A stretch of 64,000 bases of DNA from Ostrea edulis (GCF_947568905.1 NC_079166.1:69626001-69690000), one strand, 5' to 3'; shown: positions 18,271-28,079, counted from the stretch's first letter. Numbers and translations are program-made. The notes: generated from the sequence alone by a model not told the origin.

Positions 18271-19351
18271 GGCCGAATGAGATCCGTTGCGGAATCCATG
18301 AATCAAAACTGGGAGGATATCCTTTCCAACGCACTTTGACTTCTGAAATGACTTTTTTTCCCACACGCCGCTTTTTATACCCTAAAATTTCTTCCACTTC
18401 ATAGACATCATCGTCTTTAATCACTTGTTGTAATTCCTTCTCGTAAAACGTTCCTTCTAATTCTTCCCCGTGATCATCTTGAATGCGATAGACGTTTCGT
18501 CCTGGCACTTTTCTAGAGATGGTAAACAGTTCTTTGGTCCAATTCGGTAAATATCCTTTTTCAAACGTACGTTTAGCTTTACTAATGCGTACACGATCCC
18601 CCACTTGCAAGCGACTCGTGGTATCGGCACTCTGTTTTCCATACAAGGTTTTCCATACGGTCAAGACATTCTTGGCATTGACTTGAGCAGGAGCTCGCCG
18701 GATACTGCGATGATAGGTATGATTGTAACCATACACCAGATCGGCCAAGACATCGACATACCGTCGTGTTTTATGACGTGTAAAATACCGCCACATACGT
18801 GCTTTCAGCGTGCGTTGAAAACGTTCCACAATACTGGCTTTGGTTTCGGCATTACGGGTCGTAAAGAAATGAATGGATTTGAAGGCTTGACGAAATTCTT
18901 TATTGGTAAATTCTTTTCCTTGATCGGACTGAATGCGCACGGGGCGACGTCCCTCTCGAAAAATCCGTCGTAAGCCTCGTATCATTTCTTTCCCCGTTTT
19001 CTGTTTTAAAGGCACGACCCAGGCATATTTAGACAGCACGTCAATGGCACATAATAAAAACGTATACCCATTATTGTCTTGTTTCAAGCTGGAGACATCG
19101 GCTAAATCTAATTGCCATTGTTCATCCATATCCGTCACTCGTGTTTGTCGTCGCTTGAATTTCCTCCGTATCGGTTTATGCAAGGTATAGGTATCTTGAG
19201 CTTTCACCCATTCTCGAATTTGAGACAGGGTAATCTTGTGTCCTAATTGACGCACTTGACGATACAACGCCTGGACTCCCCCATACCCTGTCTTGGGATC
19301 GTAATACAGTCGCTGTAAGATCTGTTCTGCTTTCATGGTAGATTTAACCAT
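18242..19351 (-). CDS. int: Retroviral-type (rve) integrase with C-terminal chromodomain
   Basis: QLDLAD, QSDQGKEF and IVERFQRTLK give D-D-E; YEVEEIL...VKVRWKGYPPSFDSWIP is a chromodomain. Confidence 0.96.
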   Translation of the reverse strand: MVKSTMKAEQILQRLYYDPKTGYGGVQALYRQVRQLGHKITLSQIREWVKAQDTYTLHKPIRRKFKRRQTRVTDMDEQWQLDLADVSSLKQDNNGYTFLLCAIDVLSKYAWVVPLKQKTGKEMIRGLRRIFREGRRPVRIQSDQGKEFTNKEFRQAFKSIHFFTTRNAETKASIVERFQRTLKARMWRYFTRHKTRRYVDVLADLVYGYNHTYHRSIRRAPAQVNAKNVLTVWKTLYGKQSADTTSRLQVGDRVRISKAKRTFEKGYLPNWTKELFTISRKVPGRNVYRIQDDHGEELEGTFYEKELQQVIKDDDVYEVEEILGYKKRRVGKKVISEVKVRWKGYPPSFDSWIPQRISFGHDQPVDFLG

Positions 19352-20100
19352 TTTCCAATTTCACGTGATGTCTTTTTACTGGCCTCCCAGATATTTTTAG
19401 GGGTCATCATTCGTCTGGGAGTTTCATAGAACGATTGGTCAAAACCAGAGATTTCTTGAAATCCGCTCTCCTCTTCCTCTAGAGGTCTAGGCGTACTGAT
19501 TTTCCCTGGTTTGTCCATGGCTTTTATAACATCCCGATTGTTCACATATCCTTTGGGAGCATGAGTCTCTTTTAACGCTTGAGCAAATTCCTCTAATCCC
19601 GTGGGGGGATCACGATGTCTTAAGGGTCTTTGTCGTTGGGCTTCGGTCATTAAATCCACAATATTGGAATCGGGAACCCTGCGTCCTCTATAACTGATTT
19701 CTCCTTCTTTATTCCAAGTCACCACTTTGGATTTCTTGAGATGATCGAGTAATAAACCTGCTTTCTTTCGACCCGGTTTATTGACGCTTTTGATAATCTG
19801 TTCCTCCAAGTCATCGGATGCTGAGGCGGCTGAGGGTGGTGAGGCAGCACTGGCTGCACTGGTTGGGGAGGGCAGAGTCGCTGTGGTGGGATGTCGAGCT
19901 TGTTGTAAATATTGACGATAGCGATGAAGTTGATGCCCGTACAACCCCACTTTTTCTTTCTCGGTTAAATCATCTCGATGTTCAATCTCGTCCAAATCAG
20001 TGCGTAAACCAATAGTCGAGGTAAATTCGGGAGGTTTAGGTAATTTGCCTTTTAATTCGTTGAGCATCGCTTCCGGTACCAACACCATTTTTCGACTCAT
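19333..20100 (-). CDS. Conserved Maverick protein of unknown function (PW/PZ class), 255 aa
   Basis: RKMVLVP, DL.EKEKV.LY...L.RY and WN..GEI...G..VP.SNIVDL motifs recurring in Mavericks. Confidence 0.75.
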   Translation of the reverse strand: MSRKMVLVPEAMLNELKGKLPKPPEFTSTIGLRTDLDEIEHRDDLTEKEKVGLYGHQLHRYRQYLQQARHPTTATLPSPTSAASAASPPSAASASDDLEEQIIKSVNKPGRKKAGLLLDHLKKSKVVTWNKEGEISYRGRRVPDSNIVDLMTEAQRQRPLRHRDPPTGLEEFAQALKETHAPKGYVNNRDVIKAMDKPGKISTPRPLEEEESGFQEISGFDQSFYETPRRMMTPKNIWEASKKTSREIGKWLNLP

Positions 20101-20426
20101 GATTTCTTACAAATCTTGCCACACACAAACGAACCCAATCCTTTTTGGTGGATGAGTATACCTCGTCGTTTTTTCACGGGTTGAGGGTGGACTAAGCGTC
20201 TTAAGATGTGTTTCTTTCGACCCAGTTGTCGCTTCTGAGTAGGATTGAGAGGAATCACCCCTTTTAATAGATTGTACACAATCTCACAAATCTTTAAAAT
20301 GCAGTCATTGGAACAATGTTTCAACACCTCTGTCTTTAATTTGCTGGAATAGTGAGGAGCCGCTAACGTCTGCAAGAGCGGTAAATGAGGTCGTAATCGA
20401 CATTCACACTTCTTCGTATGAGCCAT
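20097..20426 (-). CDS. Basic core-like protein, 109 aa
   Basis: ICEIVYNLLKGVIPL...KRQL...K..LRRL...QKGLG; ATGA stop/start overlap with the next ORF; TATA-like motif at 20458-20465. Confidence 0.7.
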   Translation of the reverse strand: MAHTKKCECRLRPHLPLLQTLAAPHYSSKLKTEVLKHCSNDCILKICEIVYNLLKGVIPLNPTQKRQLGRKKHILRRLVHPQPVKKRRGILIHQKGLGSFVCGKICKKS

Positions 20427-20466
20427 GGTAATGAAGGGTGGGGCACCTTCCCCCTCCTTTTTATAC

Positions 20467-21351
20467 CTAGTCCAGGACAATGGCACTCGGATGTTTAGGA
20501 TCAAAACGCTTGTGATGGACGGTCTCTTCGTGACGATTGCGGTTCTCTCTCGCATTGAAGACCAGAGGGCAAAATTTACATTTATATTTCTTTTGCACCT
20601 GAACCGGTGTTGAGGTGGTTAAGGGTTGAAATTTCATGCTTCCAAAGGTATGAGCAAAACTCGGTAGAGCCGTATCACTGGTTCTGGAACTTCCTATAGG
20701 CCCATGCATGGGTCGTTCCATTTTCTTTTGAGCTAATCCGGCTTTCAGATTGGCTAACGTTTTAGTGACCTTGGGGGGAGTGGCCTTGGGAAACGGCATC
20801 TTCACAATGAGAGGGGTTTTCTTTGGAGCCCAATTGGGAAACGGATTCTTCATCCTGAGAGGTGTCTTCTTAGGGGATTTCTTAGGGGACTTCTTAGGGG
20901 ACTTCTTAGGTGTCTTCTTAGGTAAGCGAATAATGAGTTTAGGAATTCTCTGAGGTGATTTTTTAGCTTTCTTAGCCCGTGGCTTCTTGGTTTTCTTGGG
21001 TTGTCCCCCACGGGGCTTACGGCCTGTTTCCCATTTGAATAAATGACGAATAATGGTCCCTCCTAAGAATCCGGCGCCTCCTCGTTTCAAAATGGCTTTT
21101 TTACGCTCTTCTTCATTGGACTTCTTATCGGCAATGACACTCAAGTCTTGGCGATGGGATTGAATGAACCGCTGAGTGATTTTATTGCCTGGTAAGACGC
21201 CTCGCAATAAATTTCGATCGCCCATCGCAAACCAGTTGAGTAAGGCTCTACGTCCTAATTCAATGAGATGGCTCCGTTGAACGGGATCCCGTTCCCGTTG
21301 TAAACGGCGTAACGTTTTGACTAATTTACTCTTCGCGGAAGGTCTACCCAT
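20467..21351 (-). CDS. Core-protein paralog fused to histone H1-like SPKK repeats and a C2H2 zinc finger
   Basis: NLLRGVLPG...KKAILKRGGAGFLGG resembles the 20097-20426 protein; PKKTPKKSPKKSPKKSPKKTP; YKCKFCPLVFNARENRNRHEETVH; start at MGRPSAK preferred because of the TATA-like motif at 21398-21405. Confidence 0.75.
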   Translation of the reverse strand: MGRPSAKSKLVKTLRRLQRERDPVQRSHLIELGRRALLNWFAMGDRNLLRGVLPGNKITQRFIQSHRQDLSVIADKKSNEEERKKAILKRGGAGFLGGTIIRHLFKWETGRKPRGGQPKKTKKPRAKKAKKSPQRIPKLIIRLPKKTPKKSPKKSPKKSPKKTPLRMKNPFPNWAPKKTPLIVKMPFPKATPPKVTKTLANLKAGLAQKKMERPMHGPIGSSRTSDTALPSFAHTFGSMKFQPLTTSTPVQVQKKYKCKFCPLVFNARENRNRHEETVHHKRFDPKHPSAIVLD

Positions 21352-21400
21352 GATGAAGACTGTCTTTCGAATGATACACCTGCCCATGATGTGACATTAT

Positions 21401-22054
21401 TTATACTCTCGGGGGCATGTGCACAGCCAAGTTGGTAAAGAGTTGACTTCTTAATCTTAAATCGTCCGACGTCTGAGGACTCAAGTCCACTAGTAAATAC
21501 CCGTGAGGTACACGGGTGGCGTCCTCATAGGCTGGAAGTAAATGCGGCATTTGTAATTGCCGACTTAACACCCCAATCTGAGATTTATCTCGAGGATTTT
21601 TAAACAGCACAAGATAGTGAGCATTCAGACTGATGGTACGATGTTGTACTGCTCGATCAAACAGATTTTGTGTGATATAAATGACACTGGTATTTCGATG
21701 ATGCGCTTTGCGCGTAAACCAGTCGACAATCGATTCGATGGCTTTACCTCCCATCATATCATCAAAAATGAGTAGATGACGCGTACTGAGATCCGCCACT
21801 ATCTGCTCATCGTCTTGAGGTATATTGCGGATAAAAGTGACCTTGTCCTGTAAGGATTCGTACGCGGACTGCCATTCTCGATAACACCATACTATCTTTT
21901 CGGGAGGCGGTGCAATCCACTGCGTATTTTGTACCAGTTGCTTGACAAATTCCGTTTTACCCGATTTAGAGGGTCCAGCCACCACCATGGTAAATTCATG
22001 TTTCAACTGAAAAGGCTCAAGTGTCTCGTAGGTATACATCTTGATAAATGACAC
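21401..22054 (-). CDS. FtsK/A32-like DNA packaging ATPase, 217 aa
   Basis: Walker A GPSKSGKT, Walker B LLIFDD, and RKAHHRNTSVIYITQNLF. Confidence 0.95.
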   Translation of the reverse strand: MSFIKMYTYETLEPFQLKHEFTMVVAGPSKSGKTEFVKQLVQNTQWIAPPPEKIVWCYREWQSAYESLQDKVTFIRNIPQDDEQIVADLSTRHLLIFDDMMGGKAIESIVDWFTRKAHHRNTSVIYITQNLFDRAVQHRTISLNAHYLVLFKNPRDKSQIGVLSRQLQMPHLLPAYEDATRVPHGYLLVDLSPQTSDDLRLRSQLFTNLAVHMPPRV

Positions 22055-22079
22055 AAGTTCATGGGATCATACATATTTA

Positions 22080-22610
22080 TTAACAAATAAAAATACGTAC
22101 AGCTTGCTCAACACTATGTCTACAAATAGGACATTGTTTCAGTCCCGTAGCACATATAGCACAAGTACATAAATGACCACAAGGTAAAAAAGCTATTCTC
22201 AAGTCTCTTTCTAAACACAGATGACATTTCTCCGTCGTCGTAGCCGGATTCTCCACACTGTCTACAGACAAGTCTCCCCAATCCTTCCCTGTGTCTCGCA
22301 TTCGGCTAACGGCGTCGAACATTTGGCGTACCCATTGTTTGCCCTTATTACACTTCAGGTAAGGACAGTGAGGATACCAATAAGCATGTTGTATCCAAGG
22401 ATTGTCGACAGCTCCCCAATGGTGAAGTCCAAAGTTGCAATAAAAACAGCACGTGCTATCCCCGTACCCTTTGTAAAAGTATCCCGCTTCTGCAATGGTA
22501 GGTAATAGCTTCTGCAAGTGTTCGGAAGCATTTTCAAACGACGCTACTCGATCTGACAGTAGAGCATAACGTGGTGTACCCGGGTTATGTAGTGATTCGT
22601 AGTCCGTCAT
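22080..22610 (-). CDS. iap: Inhibitor of apoptosis protein (single BIR + RING), 176 aa
   Basis: BIR: R..SF...AEAGYFY.G..D...CFYC...L..W...DNPW.QHA.W.P.C; RING: C..C...R...FLPCGH...C..CA..L..CPICR. Confidence 0.95.
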   Translation of the reverse strand: MTDYESLHNPGTPRYALLSDRVASFENASEHLQKLLPTIAEAGYFYKGYGDSTCCFYCNFGLHHWGAVDNPWIQHAYWYPHCPYLKCNKGKQWVRQMFDAVSRMRDTGKDWGDLSVDSVENPATTTEKCHLCLERDLRIAFLPCGHLCTCAICATGLKQCPICRHSVEQAVRIFIC

Positions 22611-22646
22611 TTTTGCCGACTGATGGTTTTCTCTAGCATGTCCTTT

Positions 22647-25600
22647 TTAATACCCGTAAGGCAGCGTGTCATAGTCATTAATACGTTGACGTTTATCATA
22701 CACCATGCGGTATTTCTTCACCAGAGGAATGGTTCGCACATCATGTTGGCGGGTTCGTTGAATAAAGTGCGGATAGCGGACATGGACTTCTTCTTCTTCT
22801 CCTTTTAACATTTTTTCCAACGTATCGAGAGACACGACTCTAGAGGCACGATAATTGAGTGTCAATCCTTTGACTTTGCAGACAGATTTTCCCCCCTGGG
22901 TCTCGTATGCATAATTTTTGGGCCCGCCCGACATGTACTTGATGATACGATCTCCACCCAATTCATCGGTCCAGCCGCCTAAACTGTTGATAATGGTCGG
23001 ATTGAACTGGGTCTCGTCGTGCTGATAGATGATACTATCCGTGTCAAAGTATAAGACACGCTCTCCCAAAGGCTGTAACGTCTCGTACAAATGTAAACGA
23101 GCATGAGCTGTTGTAAAACACGCCAGCACCACGTTTCCAAAGGGACAGTCTTCTAAAAATTCTTCTTTCTCCTGATAATTGATCAGCATCATATCACATT
23201 CGGGGCGTTCACGATTTTCTAAGAGTTCGATGCCTTTGACTTCTAAAGTGGCATCTTGTAATTTCTGTTGTAATTCTTCTTCTTCCGTGAGATACAGGGA
23301 TTTGGGTAATTGTAATCGTTGAGCAAATTTTCCCCACAAGCAATTTAAAAAGAGTTTGGCAATGGTTCTTCGGACCGGATTTTTCTGGATGTCTGCCGGG
23401 TTCATGGCAATGCCTTCTCGTTGCTGAATTTCCTCAATGTAATGTTGCTGCTGTTGGGCTGTTTGACAATCCTCGGGGAATCCGGAAGCTTCTTGTTTAA
23501 TTTTCAAAAAGGTGTTGATATACGCTCGAAATAAGTGGTCACTGGTTTTCTCAAAATGCCAAACTTCGTAAATGCGGTCGAGACGATAACCCAGATCTAA
23601 TGCTTTGTGAAGTTCGGTGGTCACCCAGGTGCCAGTGAGACTGCGTTCAGAATCGGTGTGCTGGCACCGCTCGTCGGGTCCTAAGTTGCGCTGTTCCGCA
23701 CAGGTGCGGCATAAGGGAAAGAGTAATTTACCCCCGGTCTTGTAAGGTAATACGGGGTGATACAGCTCTCGGGGTGGGAGGACACGACAACGAATGAGCC
23801 CGAAATAGTCTCTGACATCGGTGAAATGGCTGGTGATGACTTGGGGATGTTGGACGGGAAATGGCTTGTATTTCAACACGTACGGGTACAGGGAACAGAC
23901 ATCCACGTATCGCATGTCACCCTCCTCACAATACAGTCGTGTAGCATTGGTCCGGCCTCCGTACAAAGCGTCACGGGGATTCAAAGGATCTTGTATATCG
24001 ACTCCTTGTAAAAATTCCTGTAAGTCGGGATTGGTCTGGGTCTGACGATCAAACTCGTGTTCCCATATACTCACGACTGTATAGTCTTGGTCTTCTAAAG
24101 CACTGGCTCGTTTTAAGGTGTCCAGGTAGAGGTCTTGATACGTATGCTGAACACGATGAGGATGGATGTCAGTCAACAGATTCGGGAAACAGGTGGGACA
24201 GCCGTGCCAGTAACAGCCATAGAATTCGTACACGATACGAGATTCCTCATCATACCCATCTACTGTATAGGGTCCAAGCGTGACTTCGCCCCCATTTCTA
24301 GCATGTCGTATGCAGTGATGTTGATGTTCTAGCCAGGCGAGCCATCGACAAGCTTTAGCTGAATATCGTCGTGCTGGCCGGTAGCCCATATTAGGAATGA
24401 TGGCGATGGTATTTTCAACCATGAATCCTCGTCGGTAGGCTAAATTAGCCGTGCTGGCAAACGTGATGGATTCTTGAAAGGGGTCTACTTCCACCAGATC
24501 AAACAGGGTGGACTTGAAATGGGCACAACACCGGCGTAAAATATCCACGTCCGAGATGCAGTAAGCTAAGAATTCTTTCTGGAAATCAAAGACTTTGCCC
24601 TCTTGTTGATGGTACCAAGTATAGAAGGCTTCACGATTGGCGGTGGACATATCGTCAGGATTGTAGAAATGAGCGGCCGGGTAAGGACCCACATACTGCT
24701 GGTTCTCTGTCGTGTTGAAAAAGTGCGGGAAATATCCTTTTTTCAATTCCGTTAATCCGAAAGCAGAGGGCATCTTGGCAAGAGCAAAGGGTAGAAAGTT
24801 GTAAGAATCGATGAATCTCAACCCCAAGACTTGCATGGATAAGATTTTACTGCCGTTCAGGATGACGGTGGGTTTGATACACGCCGTGTGCACCAGGTAA
24901 TTCAAAATAAACTGCCCATCGTATCCTTTGAAATTGTGGGCAATGATGGTGGCTTCATCGTGTTTGAGTTCCACATAACCTTGCTCATCGGTCTCGCTCT
25001 GTAAGAGCCATTCCATAAACTGTTTTAACGTGTCGGGTCCTTGAAATAGGAAGCGGCGTTGTGATCCGAATCCTTCACAATGAGAACAGGGCTTGTCGAT
25101 ATCCACACTGTCGCAATGTTGACACACACGTTCTGCCACGCATAAATTGGGGATGTGAATACCGTTTTCCTGACTGCATTCGAAATCGTAATAAATGTAT
25201 ATTTTCAACTCCTCTTCTTCTTTTTCTTTCTTAGGTTTGGGTTTCGTCTGTACAAAGCAGTGATGAGGCATGGTGACGACTTTGTGACAGATGCGGCATT
25301 CGGTTTGACCCCCACACGCGTGGCGTTTTAATAATTGCTTGGACATCCATTTCTGACACTGGTTACAGCGCCCCATTAAACTGCAGACCGTGGTCTTTGT
25401 ATTACTGCTGTAAGGTTTTAAATGGGTCTGGTAACAAGCTGCATTTCTGAAAAATCCCTTACAATGAGGGCAATTCGTCTGAGTCCCGTCCGGGGTACAG
25501 GGGGTATCGGTTAAACAAAATGAGCATCGATGAGGACAGACGGTCCGATGATCTTCAATGTGACTGTAGCCAACATCGCAATAATCGCAATAGTATTTGT

Positions 25601-26627
25601 TTTCCGTCACTCCAGGCATAGACACAATGGCATCGTAATGCTCGTTATCCAGCAGGATATTCAAACAAGTCCCGTGCCCCGGTCCTTTGTAAATAGGTTC
25701 CAGTCGTAAACGAGTTGTATTCGTTTTGAATTGAAATATTTTCAATCGATACTGTGGGGCGAGCGCGTGCTGTAATTGCTCCCATTCACGTGGCCCACAC
25801 GGCTGGTTCATAACACACCCAGCTTGTTCCATCAAGGCTTTCGCTTCTCGTTTCTGATCGAGAGAATCTTTATCCCCTTTTCTCATGCGTAACCATCTCG
25901 TTTCCCATACCGGGTCGTTTGATTTCTGGCTGTGTAGACGTGCTACCACAATAGCCCGGGACAAGCAGAGAGAATCCTCAGGATTTTGAATGCGAACGAT
26001 CGCTCTCTTGGAGTTTTTGAATTTCTCCTTATCCACGTGTAGATGTTTTTTCTTAGTGCACCCGCTGCCTTGTGGATATTTGACATGGAAAAAATCCACC
26101 TGCACTGCCCCGTCGGTGATTAGGAATTCCTTTTTAGATTGCTGGACGGATTCTATTTTGTTCAGAATTTTGTCCTCGTTGAGCTGATTGGACTGCGTAA
26201 ATTCGTACCAAATAGCTGAATCCAGAGACGGGTGCCGAATATTTAAACGTAGATAATCATTGGGATTGCACTGCATTTCCTGTTTCACATTTTTTAACAT
26301 ATCCCGGAAGAGGCGACGAATGAAGGCTGTATTTTCTTTCTCTGGAATAGGTTTGAAGGCAACATTGTAGACATTTTCCTTGACTTTAAATTTCCGTGAT
26401 TGACGTCCTCGTTCCAGTTGAATTTTGTAATAATCCGAAATGAGTTTCTTTTTCCCCCCTCCCCGCTGTAAATACTGTAGTCGCCGTTGATTCTCTCTGC
26501 GGAGTTGTAATTCACGCTGCCGTTGTCTGTTCAGCTGATCATTCAAAAATCTCAATCGCTGTTCAATATAACTCCGTGGAAGTCCAGTAGGTAACTTGTC
26601 TGACATGATGTCGAAAGTGACACCCAA
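22647..26627 (-). CDS. polB: Protein-primed family B DNA polymerase with N-terminal terminal-protein-like region, 1326 aa
   Basis: Exonuclease YDFE, AHNFKGYDG and YCISDVDIL; polymerase YVDVCSLYP, KLFLNCLWGK and YFDTDS; YEFYGCYWHGC Vsr-like insert. Confidence 0.97.
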   Translation of the reverse strand: MGVTFDIMSDKLPTGLPRSYIEQRLRFLNDQLNRQRQRELQLRRENQRRLQYLQRGGGKKKLISDYYKIQLERGRQSRKFKVKENVYNVAFKPIPEKENTAFIRRLFRDMLKNVKQEMQCNPNDYLRLNIRHPSLDSAIWYEFTQSNQLNEDKILNKIESVQQSKKEFLITDGAVQVDFFHVKYPQGSGCTKKKHLHVDKEKFKNSKRAIVRIQNPEDSLCLSRAIVVARLHSQKSNDPVWETRWLRMRKGDKDSLDQKREAKALMEQAGCVMNQPCGPREWEQLQHALAPQYRLKIFQFKTNTTRLRLEPIYKGPGHGTCLNILLDNEHYDAIVSMPGVTENKYYCDYCDVGYSHIEDHRTVCPHRCSFCLTDTPCTPDGTQTNCPHCKGFFRNAACYQTHLKPYSSNTKTTVCSLMGRCNQCQKWMSKQLLKRHACGGQTECRICHKVVTMPHHCFVQTKPKPKKEKEEEELKIYIYYDFECSQENGIHIPNLCVAERVCQHCDSVDIDKPCSHCEGFGSQRRFLFQGPDTLKQFMEWLLQSETDEQGYVELKHDEATIIAHNFKGYDGQFILNYLVHTACIKPTVILNGSKILSMQVLGLRFIDSYNFLPFALAKMPSAFGLTELKKGYFPHFFNTTENQQYVGPYPAAHFYNPDDMSTANREAFYTWYHQQEGKVFDFQKEFLAYCISDVDILRRCCAHFKSTLFDLVEVDPFQESITFASTANLAYRRGFMVENTIAIIPNMGYRPARRYSAKACRWLAWLEHQHHCIRHARNGGEVTLGPYTVDGYDEESRIVYEFYGCYWHGCPTCFPNLLTDIHPHRVQHTYQDLYLDTLKRASALEDQDYTVVSIWEHEFDRQTQTNPDLQEFLQGVDIQDPLNPRDALYGGRTNATRLYCEEGDMRYVDVCSLYPYVLKYKPFPVQHPQVITSHFTDVRDYFGLIRCRVLPPRELYHPVLPYKTGGKLLFPLCRTCAEQRNLGPDERCQHTDSERSLTGTWVTTELHKALDLGYRLDRIYEVWHFEKTSDHLFRAYINTFLKIKQEASGFPEDCQTAQQQQHYIEEIQQREGIAMNPADIQKNPVRRTIAKLFLNCLWGKFAQRLQLPKSLYLTEEEELQQKLQDATLEVKGIELLENRERPECDMMLINYQEKEEFLEDCPFGNVVLACFTTAHARLHLYETLQPLGERVLYFDTDSIIYQHDETQFNPTIINSLGGWTDELGGDRIIKYMSGGPKNYAYETQGGKSVCKVKGLTLNYRASRVVSLDTLEKMLKGEEEEVHVRYPHFIQRTRQHDVRTIPLVKKYRMVYDKRQRINDYDTLPYGY

Positions 26628-26703
26628 TGCACCGCGCGCCGCTTTATATATATTACCTGTAGACAGCGCTGGGTAAAACTAGGGATCGTGCCAGCTCTGG
26701 GGA

Positions 26704-27055
26704 TTGTACTATTGTTCTTTAATAAACATGTCAACTTAAAACCTTGTGTTATTCTTTTAGATTTAATACACAGGATTTCACTGGATTTTATACCGATTTT
26801 CAGAAAAATAGCAGGAACTCATTCCAGGAACTCAAAGCGAAAGTACCGCATGCTAAAATTAGACCAGCGGCCATAGGCCACCCTATTCACCCGACACCCG
26901 GCCTACAACCCCTGCTGGGGTTAACCCCGTCCTAGATATTGAACCACTCCGTTAACCCCAACACCGCTTGACCAATCAAAAGACGCCCTTGCTTGACCTC
27001 ATTTGCATAAAAAGTGCACTCAGTTGAACCCCCTATCGGGAGGCGTTATACTACT
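26704..27055 (-). repeat. Right terminal inverted repeat (352 bp)
   Basis: Reverse complement of 6593-6954. Confidence 0.95.
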
Positions 27056-27061
27056 ATGGCT

Positions 27062-27653
27062 CGTTGTTCGTAATAGGAAGAGTTCTAAAATAAAAACAAA
27101 TACCTTTGTACTTGTACAGTGTATCTCCATATAAAACTTTGATCCCCTATTGTGGCTCCACTCTACCCCAGGGCATGATTTGAAATAAATAGAACCTCCA
27201 CTACCTCGGAATGCTGAGGTATTAATATGACTAATTATGACCCCACTGCTCTTGAGAAGAATATTTTTTAAAGATTTCTGCTATACATCTCCATGTACAC
27301 ATTTGTTTCCCTATTCTGACCTAACCTTACAATAAGAATTTACACTATGTCAGGAAGCTTTCATGTATATTTTAATCTTTCTGGCTCAGTGATTCTTGAG
27401 AATTTTTGTAAATGACCCCACACTATTTTGTCTTTTTTTCCCATGATCTCCACTCTGAAATTATAATGGCCCTTCCTTCAACAAACTTCATTATACTCTT
27501 TAATTAATGATGGTTTGTACCAAGTTTGTTGACATTGGTGCAGTAGTTGTGGAACAGAAGTAAAAAATGTTAAATGTTTACGGATGAGAGGACGGATGCC
27601 GGACAAATGTGATCAGAAAAACTTACTTGAGCTTTCACCTCAGACAAGCTAAA
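27062..27653 (+). mobile_element. Non-autonomous Helentron-like element with degenerate satellite-like monomers, right part
   Basis: Monomers of the type ttgatcccctattgtggc...ttcttgagaa...ttttta; 3' end ggacaaatgtgatcagaaaaacttacttgagctttcacctcagacaagctaaa is typical of oyster Helentron-type elements. Confidence 0.6.
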
Positions 27654-28079
27654 CATGTTAATGGTTCAAATTTCACAAGATTGTACATGTTCGTCAAGTT
27701 ATGATGTAGGTGCTTACAATACACTTATCTCTTACTTGGAAATTTGCGATGGAAACTGTTTTGTTTGATAGCGACTACAAGTTATTATTTAGAAAAGAAA
27801 GATTTTATAATGAAGAGGGGGTTTCCATTAATGAACTTCCAATCTCCTCTACACCATGATGGCGATAATTCTCTATATACGCTAATTACTCCAACATGGT
27901 GAATCAGGTAGTTTTCCTCTGTCTGTTGCTAAATATTCAACAATGATCTCGTATTGGGAAAAATGTTTCAAGGCAAAGAAAATAAAACTGTATTTACTGT
28001 ATACAGATATCTATTTAATCGATATATGTATGATAATGAGAGTGTGAGCTCATTGGTCAATTCTCTGTAATGCTTAATG

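Larger units (their letters stand above)
6593..27055. mobile_element. Complete Maverick/Polinton (adintovirus-like endogenous dsDNA virus), 20,463 bp
   Basis: AGTAGT at 6593 and ACTACT ending at 27055; TSD ATGGCT at 6587-6592 and 27056-27061; long TIRs; pPolB, INT, ATPase, PRO, MCP and penton all open. Confidence 0.98.
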
